DNA from: a virus
Strand: one strand, 5' to 3'
Length of the DNA stretch: 6,296 nucleotides
Virus record (IMG/VR): IMGVR_UViG_3300010219_000025
Span: 1 to 6,296 of that record
Shown: in pieces, positions 1-5,541 of the stretch
How the letters are laid out: each line of letters opens with the position of its first letter
Position numbering within the stretch: position 1 is the stretch's first letter
Made by a program: the position numbers and the translations under genes
Notes under the pieces: model-generated
Database searches by the model: none
Seen by the model: the letters and a program-made list of their open reading frames with translations, nothing else
What the model was told of the DNA's origin: nothing

Positions 1-55
1 CTGCAGCTGCGTGGGCCACGTGGCACGCACTCCGCTGACAGCCTTGGACGAACTC
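1..55. repeat. Terminal direct repeat, copy 1 (identical to 6242-6296)
   Basis: Base-by-base comparison: ctgcagctgcgtgggccacgtggcacgcactccgctgacagccttggacgaactc occurs at both window ends. Confidence 0.97.
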
Positions 56-80
56 GACAAGCGACCCATAATCCTCCCCG

Positions 81-147
81 TTGGCATTTGGGCATTGGCA
101 CCGTGCCAATTGGCGAAATGTCAACGATAAGGCTGAGCTATGTCAAC
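81..147. promoter_or_regulatory. Operator-like repeat cluster upstream of and overlapping the HTH gene start
   Basis: TTGGCA at 81-86 and 95-100, TGCCAA at 104-109, TTGGCG at 110-115. Together they include a perfect 15-bp palindrome TTGGCAC-C-GTGCCAA (95-109). ATGTCAAC is a direct repeat at 118-125 and 140-147, 22 bp apart. Each copy reads as a perfect TTGACA -35 hexamer on the minus strand. I found no convincing -10 hexamer. Confidence 0.4.
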
Positions 148-562
148 CCCCAATGAGCACCTTGTTGCACTGATCGAACGAGCCGCGGCCAATGTCGGCA
201 GCGAGGCAAAGCTCGCCCGGGCAATGGACATGGACCCCCCGACGCTCTCGAACATCAAGGCCGGCAAGCGGCCGTGTCCGCCAGAGGTTCGAGCACTCCT
301 GGCCGGCTACGCCAGAGAAGACGCAGTGCAGGAACTGGTCCGGGCCCACCTCGAGCGCACCGAGGGCACCAGGCGTGGCGAGCAGCTCCGGATCCTCTTG
401 GGAAACGTATCGCGAGCGACTGGCGCGGCAAGCGTTTTCGGCGCGCTGGTCCTTGGCAGCCTGATCTGCTGGCCGACTCCGAGCCAGGCCCGAACGGTAG
501 CTAACGTAATCGATACGATGATTGGAAAGGTCAAATGGCGGCGCCTGTTCCAGCCTGCCTAG
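140..562 (+). CDS. HTH (Cro/CI-like) transcriptional regulator with a C-terminal hydrophobic segment; candidate phage repressor or immunity protein
   Basis: 140-aa ORF with ATG at 140 and TAAGG (128-132) 7 nt upstream. HTH-like stretch GSEAKLARAMDMDPPTLSNIKAGKR (about aa 20-44). Hydrophobic stretch GAASVFGALVLGSLICW (about aa 95-111). It is followed directly by an intrinsic terminator. It is the only clear plus-strand gene, as is common for repressors of temperate inoviruses. Confidence 0.75.
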   Translation: MSTPNEHLVALIERAAANVGSEAKLARAMDMDPPTLSNIKAGKRPCPPEVRALLAGYAREDAVQELVRAHLERTEGTRRGEQLRILLGNVSRATGAASVFGALVLGSLICWPTPSQARTVANVIDTMIGKVKWRRLFQPA

Positions 563-578
563 GCTAAGGCAACCCCGC

Positions 579-606
579 AAAGCCCGCCTAGTGCGGGCTT
601 TTTCTT
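579..606. terminator. Intrinsic terminator shared by the convergent HTH gene and rep
   Basis: Stem AAGCCCGC (580-587) pairs with GCGGGCTT (593-600) around a 5-nt loop. It is followed by TTTTTCTT on the plus strand and preceded by an A-run. The rep stop codon (588-590, complement) lies in the loop. Confidence 0.75.
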
Positions 607-1445
607 GGGTCGCGCTCTGTGCACAACCACCACGCGTCACGCCAACGGTTCAGACTGTGCGACACGACAACCTCCCCGTCCTGCAACGTGAACGCCGCCG
701 CGATCACATCCGCCAGCTCCCCACCTAGCCTCACCGTCTGGATGCGCCCGACGTCGATAGCGTTGGAACGGCTGTAGCGGTTCTTCTCGTCCGGGCTGTT
801 CTCCGCGTCCTTCAGGATGTACTTGGACACGTAGGCGGCCATCTTCGCTGGAGACCGCAACGCCTTGCGAGACTTGACCTTGGATGGCTTGCCGCCGACG
901 AACACCAGGCCGTTGTCCTCGCCAACGATGGAGCGCCAGATCTCCGTGCCGAGCCTCCAGCCAGCGACCTTAACGCCCTTGTGCGTCGCATGCTGCGGCA
1001 GCTTGTGGCACGCCACGTGCCAGTGATACGAGCCGCGCTCCTGCAGCTCCGGCGCCGCGCAGTAGCGAAACTCGCCGCCGAGCGCACGTTTCATGCGCCG
1101 CACCCATTCCTTGAAATGCCGCTTCGTCGCCTCGCGGTCCTGCATGTTCTCGCGATAGGTGATCGTCAGGAGCTCGTTGAACCCCTCGGCCTTGATCACC
1201 CTTCGGCACATGGTTTGTGCGCGCCTGGCGGCCTTCCGACGGGCCTGCTGGCGCTTTTCCTCAAGCCACTCCGCATCCCGCACCGGATCGATGGGATCAA
1301 GGTCTGGGACCGGCCCTAGTTCCGACCACTCGATAACCGGGCGGGCTGACACCTCGCGATGGCCGTTCTGTTCCCAGATCCGCACGTCCCAGGCGTCATA
1401 GCGGGTCTTTCCTTCATACAGGGTTCCGTCGACAATCCTCTGCAT
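588..1445 (-). CDS. Rolling-circle replication initiator, HUH endonuclease superfamily (phiX174 gpA-like, two-tyrosine type)
   Basis: 285 aa with ATG at 1445 and GAGGAG (complement of 1452-1457) 6 nt upstream. Motifs: LLTITY (motif 1), YHWHVACH (HUH motif) and AAYVSKYILK (Y-x3-Y, resembling phiX174 gpA YVAKYVNK as I recall it). Confidence 0.92.
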   Translation of the reverse strand: MQRIVDGTLYEGKTRYDAWDVRIWEQNGHREVSARPVIEWSELGPVPDLDPIDPVRDAEWLEEKRQQARRKAARRAQTMCRRVIKAEGFNELLTITYRENMQDREATKRHFKEWVRRMKRALGGEFRYCAAPELQERGSYHWHVACHKLPQHATHKGVKVAGWRLGTEIWRSIVGEDNGLVFVGGKPSKVKSRKALRSPAKMAAYVSKYILKDAENSPDEKNRYSRSNAIDVGRIQTVRLGGELADVIAAAFTLQDGEVVVSHSLNRWRDAWWLCTERDPRKSPH

Positions 1446-1475
1446 TCGCAGCTCCTCGCTCTTTGCTGTGAATCC

Positions 1476-1517
1476 GAACCCGGAACGGTTGCAGCCGTTG
1501 CCGGGTTCACCTTTTTC
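1476..1517 (+). terminator. Strong hairpin plus T5 run, terminator-like on the plus strand; may instead be an ssDNA structural element of the origin or packaging region
   Basis: GAACCCGG-AACGG (1476-1488), loop TTGCAG, CCGTT-(G bulge)-CCGGGTTC (1495-1508), then ACC and TTTTT (1512-1516). It sits 31 nt upstream of the rep start on the opposite strand. Confidence 0.45.
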
Positions 1518-1533
1518 AGACCTGCGCTTGTCT

Positions 1534-1583
1534 CTGTTCCAAAGTGTTCTAGAAACAAGTTAGGCGGCGCCTGCGGCGCCGCC
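1534..1583 (-). promoter_or_regulatory. Candidate viral-strand replication origin: AT-richer patch with a phiX174-ori-like sequence next to a perfect GC hairpin
   Basis: The minus strand 1562->1534 reads TAACTTGTTTCTAGAACACTTTGGAACAG. Adjacent is a 9-bp all-GC stem GGCGGCGCC-tgc-GGCGCCGCC (1563-1583). It is the only AT-richer island between zot and rep and lies just upstream of the gpA-like rep gene. Confidence 0.35.
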
Positions 1584-2366
1584 GTGAAGGCCGCAAGCGA
1601 CCTTCTCGGCGCCGCCGCGCTCCGCCCGGCCAGCTCCAAGACCGCCCCCGGCCAGAGCACCAGCGCCGGCCGTTGCAGGACACGCAGCCTGGTGCGAATC
1701 GCCGGCAACCAGAGATGCGGCCATCGGCACTACGTGCCGACCGGGCTCTACGTGCTGCGCATCGAGCCTGCTGCGCAGTCTCGACCCTTCGGGCTTGATC
1801 CCTTGTCCCTCCGCTTCGCTGCGCGCTTCGCTTGCCGGGGGGGCAACCTCTCTCCAGGCGAGGGTGTCACTCCGACCTACGGCAGTAAAGGCCGCTTCGC
1901 GCCGCTGCGCGGTTGCCTTCGGCAAGCCTTGACAGCCTACGGCCGGAGCGACCCAGCGCGCGCATGAGGATGACCCCCCCACCATGGGACCAGGGTCCCC
2001 TGCTGCAACAGGAGCCGCCGCAACATGATCGCCGCCAACTTCCGCCGCTACCCCGAAGCACTGGCCCACCAGCTGTGCCTGCCATTCGGCGCGCTCGTCT
2101 GGGCCACGCGGCGCCCCGGTGCGCGCCTGCTGCGAGCGATTCGCGCAGCCCGGGCGGCAGTAGTCAAGCGTCAGCCACACGTGCCGGCCTGGATGCCGCC
2201 GCTGTGCATCGAGCCAAGCCGGCCCCTCCCAGCTTGGGCGAAGGCACAGGCCAGGGAGAGCCGTGGGCTTGCAACCAAGGTGCGCCTTGCATGCCTCGCG
2301 CTCTTTCACGAGCGCGTAACCCTCGTGACGCTCGCCGGCGACGTCCTGGTGCTTGCCTGACGCCAT
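1560..2366 (-). CDS. Hypothetical protein (268 aa) in the slot downstream of zot; no family recognised; the 3' half may be non-coding structured DNA
   Basis: The ATG at 2366-2364 shares its A with the zot TGA (TGATG overlap). A G-rich SD-like run GGGGGTGGGG (complement of 2371-2380) lies 4 nt upstream. The frame stays open to TAA at 1562-1560. GC shows clear codon periodicity over 2025-2360 by hand count. The codon-aligned antisense ORF 2025-2360 (+), with AGGAG at 2010-2014, is an unresolved alternative. Confidence 0.4.
   Translation of the reverse strand: MASGKHQDVAGERHEGYALVKEREACKAHLGCKPTALPGLCLRPSWEGPAWLDAQRRHPGRHVWLTLDYCRPGCANRSQQARTGAPRGPDERAEWQAQLVGQCFGVAAEVGGDHVAAAPVAAGDPGPMVGGSSSCARWVAPAVGCQGLPKATAQRREAAFTAVGRSDTLAWREVAPPASEARSEAEGQGIKPEGSRLRSRLDAQHVEPGRHVVPMAASLVAGDSHQAACPATAGAGALAGGGLGAGRAERGGAEKVACGLHGGAAGAA
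1811..1943. repeat. Degenerate tandem duplication of a structured module
   Basis: Unit 1: CCGCTTCGC 1811-1819, TGCGCG 1820-1825, hairpin TTGCC-ggggg-GGCAA 1832-1846, CCTACGGC 1876-1883. Unit 2: CCGCTTCGC 1892-1900, TGCGCG 1906-1911, hairpin TTGCC-ttc-GGCAA 1913-1925, CCTACGGC 1936-1943. Confidence 0.55.
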
Positions 2367-3400
2367 CACGCCCCACCCCCAGCTGCAGCCGGCGAAGGTG
2401 ACGCCACTGGAGCGCCACGCTCGGCCACAGTCGGCGGGTCGCGGTACGGATCGAATGGCCGATGCTCGGTCCACTCGCGGCACTCGCGCACGCTGAGCCT
2501 CGCATCGCTGCCCTGCTGTGTGAAGCACCTGCAGATCTCGCCCTGGCAGAAGCCCGCCACCACCCGCGGGAAGTCCTTTACCTTGACCAGGTCGTCGTAG
2601 GCCGGCGCGGACTCGGGCCTGCCCGCCCAGCGTGGCGCGAATGCAGTCGGGTCAGCGACGTAGATCGGCGCCGGCCTGCCGCTCGATGTCACCGCCTTGG
2701 AAGTGAAACCGGTTTGACTTCCAACAACAGCCTGGCTGCCTGGTGCAGCTGCACCAGGTACAGCCTGGCCAGGCCCAGCCGGATTGAATTTGCGATTCAA
2801 CATCCGGTAGCCCATGAATAGCAGCACCAGGAAGGCGACCACGGCAACGATCGCGACAATTGCCATTGTCGGAATTCGCCTCTCTGGCTTGATATGCAAA
2901 GACGCGGATTTGTAGAGCGTGAAAATGTGCCGGGGCAGCTTGTGCTTGTGCTTATTGGTGCACGTGCGCCAGGCCACGTTCTCGCTGCACTCCGGCCACT
3001 CGTACCACCAGCGGCCGAGGAAACCCGTGTCCCGCAGATGGATGTGCCGCCCCACCAGGCGCCGTACGTTGCCATGCACCAGGCCGGGCGCCTGCGTCGT
3101 CATCCAGATATCGATCCCTCGATGCCGGTGCGTCTCCAGCGCCTGGATCTCAGGCGGCACCTTGGCACCTGGTCCTGCCGGCCGCCAGAGCCGCTGAACT
3201 TCGTCGATCAACAGCAACGCACCGTCCGGCAATTCCTCATGCCATTTGGATGCATCGATGGCCTGGTGCGGAATTGTCAGACCGTTGACGCCATCAACAA
3301 AGATCGGCCTGGTCGTCTCGCGCTTCAATAGCTCGTGCAATTCGGCCACCATTTGCGCGGTTTTGCCCGCACCAGGTGCGCCGGTGAATAGCGTCAGCAT
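2366..3400 (-). CDS. zot: Zot / pI-family morphogenesis (assembly) ATPase
   Basis: 344 aa. Walker A GAPGAGKT lies at the N-terminus and Walker B LLLIDE follows. A central TM helix MAIVAIVAVVAFLVLLFMGY precedes a C-terminal periplasmic domain. The ATG at 3400 directly follows the upstream TAA, with GAGG 8 nt upstream. Confidence 0.95.
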   Translation of the reverse strand: MLTLFTGAPGAGKTAQMVAELHELLKRETTRPIFVDGVNGLTIPHQAIDASKWHEELPDGALLLIDEVQRLWRPAGPGAKVPPEIQALETHRHRGIDIWMTTQAPGLVHGNVRRLVGRHIHLRDTGFLGRWWYEWPECSENVAWRTCTNKHKHKLPRHIFTLYKSASLHIKPERRIPTMAIVAIVAVVAFLVLLFMGYRMLNRKFNPAGPGQAVPGAAAPGSQAVVGSQTGFTSKAVTSSGRPAPIYVADPTAFAPRWAGRPESAPAYDDLVKVKDFPRVVAGFCQGEICRCFTQQGSDARLSVRECREWTEHRPFDPYRDPPTVAERGAPVASPSPAAAGGGA

Positions 3401-3676
3401 TTAGCGAACCTCGAAGCGCTTTAGCAGCATCACGGACACCGACGCCACCAGGCCGCCGGCCAGGATGCTCAAGGCCGTGGACGCGCCCGCGATCTGCACC
3501 ATGGCCAGCACATCGCCGGTGAGGCCACCCCAGGCCGCTTTGGCCGACGAGAGCGCAGCCTGCAGGGCCGTGCTCAACGCGGCAAACGACACCACGCCCA
3601 TGCCGATGCCCACCATGGCGCGCTTCGTGACGGTGGCCGCAATCCCGGCCAGGAAGGAACCGAGCCCTGCGCTCAT
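3401..3676 (-). CDS. pVI-like minor coat / membrane protein
   Basis: 91 aa, Gly/Ala-rich with about three hydrophobic segments. It sits between the pIII-like and Zot genes. Its ATG overlaps the pIII stop (ATGA at 3676-3673), with GAGG 5 nt upstream. Confidence 0.8.
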   Translation of the reverse strand: MSAGLGSFLAGIAATVTKRAMVGIGMGVVSFAALSTALQAALSSAKAAWGGLTGDVLAMVQIAGASTALSILAGGLVASVSVMLLKRFEVR

Positions 3677-4977
3677 TCACGCCTCACAGCCGCAACGACC
3701 ATCGCGGCTGCAGCCAGCCAGGCAAAGGCCAAGATGATCGGCCGCACGCCGGCCGCAAACTGGCACACCAGGTCAAACGGAATTGACAGCTGCACACCGG
3801 ACACGGTGAGCGAACGAGGCGAGGGGCATGCCGCGCTATCGGCCCCCCAGCCGCTGTCCGGCGTAATCGAGATCGGCACCTGGCGAGTGGGCAGATCGAC
3901 GTCGTCTGGCTGGTCGAGCCGCTGACAGGCGAGCGCGTCCGGGTTCTGCGCGCACATGTCCGGCGTGTCTTTGCTCGTCGTCGTCTGCCCGCTCGGCGCC
4001 GAGGCAGGCGGCGTGGCCGGCTGCGCCTGGCCATTCGGATCCGTGCTCTCAACGTCTTTCGGCTGGAGATCAACTGTCCACGGCGACGGCATCGGCACAA
4101 CGTCAATGACCGGCTGCCTATACCGCTGCGGGTCCGTGTTGGGCACTGGCTGCGGCGCACCATTGGGCACGCGCCATGGCCGCGGCGCACCGTCGGGACC
4201 AGGGTTCAGCGTCGGATCCTCCACCGGCAACGGACCAGGCCAGGCGGCCGGCGGCGTCTTGCCATCCATACCGTTCTCCATGTCGGTCTGCGTCGCCGGG
4301 ATCCACACCGGCTGCTGCACCGCAGTGTCACGCCGACCGAACCATGCCTCGCCATTCGTCCAGGTGGACGTCGTCGAACTGTGGAACCGATACGAGAGCA
4401 CACCGTCACCGGCGCCCCCAGTAGCCGTCAGGCCCGTCTGCTCGTACGTATAGCCGACGTTAACCTGACGGTACCTCGCCAGGTACAGGTCAGCCAAAGC
4501 CTGCCGATCCCGCCCCCACCAGGTCGTGCCATAGGCAGTCAGCGAGAGCTCGTAACACGGCCCCACCGTGCACACCGTTGGATCGGTCTTAAGCCACTGT
4601 CCGGACGGCGAGTCCCACTTGAAGCCGTTCCCCTGGTACCAATCCCAGATCAACGGAGCCGCTATGGACGCCGCGATGATCCAGGGGTTACTGAACCCCC
4701 AGCCACCCGCAAAACGGCCCGCGTTGGCCGCCATACGCATCGCAGCGGGCATCGTCACAGCACGACCGCCCATGTTGATCGTGGCTTCCGTTGCAATGCT
4801 GCCTGCGGACCATGCCTCATTCGCGGCCGCCCGGTACGTCGCGCGCTCAGTCGCCGACGCGGCTGCAGCCCACCCGGAGGGCGGCGTTGCGGTGGCAACG
4901 CCCGCGTGCACCCTGGGCGTGCAGGCCAGAACCGCCGCGGCGGCCAGGAACATCAAAGCGCCCTGCAGACGATCCAT
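3673..4977 (-). CDS. pIII-like adsorption / minor coat protein
   Basis: 434 aa from the ATG at 4977; the track start at 5004 is a TTG with no SD. Signal peptide MDRLQGALMFLAAAAVLACTPRVHA. Three Cys pairs, a long Pro-rich linker (about 3970-4260) and a C-terminal TM anchor RPIILAFAWLAAAAMVVAAV. Size and position match gIII. Confidence 0.85.
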   Translation of the reverse strand: MDRLQGALMFLAAAAVLACTPRVHAGVATATPPSGWAAAASATERATYRAAANEAWSAGSIATEATINMGGRAVTMPAAMRMAANAGRFAGGWGFSNPWIIAASIAAPLIWDWYQGNGFKWDSPSGQWLKTDPTVCTVGPCYELSLTAYGTTWWGRDRQALADLYLARYRQVNVGYTYEQTGLTATGGAGDGVLSYRFHSSTTSTWTNGEAWFGRRDTAVQQPVWIPATQTDMENGMDGKTPPAAWPGPLPVEDPTLNPGPDGAPRPWRVPNGAPQPVPNTDPQRYRQPVIDVVPMPSPWTVDLQPKDVESTDPNGQAQPATPPASAPSGQTTTSKDTPDMCAQNPDALACQRLDQPDDVDLPTRQVPISITPDSGWGADSAACPSPRSLTVSGVQLSIPFDLVCQFAAGVRPIILAFAWLAAAAMVVAAVRRE

Positions 4978-5020
4978 GCGAGCCCCACTGGTCCGATGAA
5001 GCAAACGATGAACATGGGCG

Positions 5021-5341
5021 TCATTCCTCGGCCCCTTTCCTCAGCGCCATCACGGCAGCGCCAGCGAGCCACACCAGGGCGATGCCCCAGCCGAGCGCGA
5101 GGCCGTCCTGCCAATCGAGCAGCCCGCAGGGCTGCAGGCTCACCGCCTGGACGAGCGTCACCGCTTCGCCACCGGCGATGGGCCGGAATTGATAGGTGAT
5201 CGAGGTCTCGGACACCGCCGAGACGTCCACCACCATGGCCGACCCACCGTGTTGCACGATCGAGCCGACCTGCGCCGACGCGATCGCTGACACGGCTGCC
5301 ACGGCATCGCCGTAGCACGTGGGGCCGACCTGGTAGGCCAT
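5021..5341 (-). CDS. Small protein with a C-terminal TM anchor (possible minor virion or assembly protein)
   Basis: 106 aa. The ATG at 5341-5339 shares one base with the coat gene TGA (TGATG). C-terminal hydrophobic helix GLALGWGIALVWLAGAAVMAL followed by RKGAEE. It lies between the gVIII-like and gIII-like genes. Confidence 0.7.
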   Translation of the reverse strand: MAYQVGPTCYGDAVAAVSAIASAQVGSIVQHGGSAMVVDVSAVSETSITYQFRPIAGGEAVTLVQAVSLQPCGLLDWQDGLALGWGIALVWLAGAAVMALRKGAEE

Positions 5342-5541
5342 CAAAGGCCCTTGCGGATGAACTTGATCGCGAAGATCGCGATGATCGCGGCCAGCACGGT
5401 GCCGGCCACGGTCAGGCCATCGGCCTTGAGGTCCGCGATGGCCGTCGTGACGTCGGCCGGGACAGCGGCCATCGCCGAACCGGCGGTGGCAGCAACGAAG
5501 GCGGGCACGGCCGCCAGGCGGGAAACGAGCTTTTTGCTCAT
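5341..5541 (-). CDS. Major coat protein (pVIII-like)
   Basis: 66-aa precursor from the ATG at 5541, with GGAGA 8 nt upstream. Signal peptide MSKKLVSRLAAVPAFVAATAGSAMA. The 41-aa mature peptide AVPADVTTAIADLKADGLTVAGTVLAAIIAIFAIKFIRKGL has an acidic N-terminus, hydrophobic core and basic C-terminus. The 83-aa track ORF start is rejected. Confidence 0.9.
   Translation of the reverse strand: MSKKLVSRLAAVPAFVAATAGSAMAAVPADVTTAIADLKADGLTVAGTVLAAIIAIFAIKFIRKGL

Noticed and set aside
57-80. Possible XerCD dif-like attP (GCGACCCATAA...)
   Set aside because: Only about 7 of 11 bases match a XerC arm. The expected TTATG-containing XerD arm after a 6-nt spacer is absent.
96-112. Sigma-54-like TGGCAC element
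   Set aside because: No TTGC lies 5 nt downstream. The TGGCAC is better explained as half of the 15-bp palindrome.
143-640. 165-aa minus-strand ORF, plus the smaller ORFs 192-464 (+), 274-504 (+) and 307-534 (-), all overlapping the HTH gene
   Set aside because: They overlap a gene that has a recognisable HTH, an SD and a terminator. Their products are Arg/Pro/Ser/Gly-rich, as expected for off-frame or antisense translation of GC-rich coding DNA. No start signals are visible.
1691-1705. tRNA T-arm-like GGTGCGAATCGCC
   Set aside because: The flanking bases do not form a T-stem, and no acceptor, D or anticodon arms can be drawn on either strand.
1724-1946. CRISPR-like or DGR-like repeat organisation
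   Set aside because: The repeats are short and degenerate, with irregular spacing. There are no cas or reverse-transcriptase genes, and I noticed no template/variable repeat pair with the pIII-like gene.
1359-1967. 202-aa plus-strand ORF
   Set aside because: It starts antisense inside rep and runs through the rep RBS, the 1476-1508 hairpin and the origin-like patch. It has no internal Met. It is the codon-aligned shadow of the minus-strand open frame.
2367-2528. N-terminal 54 codons of the 322-aa track ORF (1560-2528), which overlap the zot 3' end
   Set aside because: This part lies out of frame inside the well-supported zot gene. The plausible start is the ATG at 2366, coupled to the zot stop.
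3684-5199. Long ORFs inside or antisense to the pIII-like and ORF106 genes (3684-4190 -, 3956-4453 +, 4381-5199 +, 4568-4999 +, 4791-5192 +, 4953-5318 -)
   Set aside because: Their translations are extremely Arg/Pro-rich or Gly/Cys-rich, typical of shadow frames. They fully overlap genes with signal peptides, TM anchors and translational coupling.
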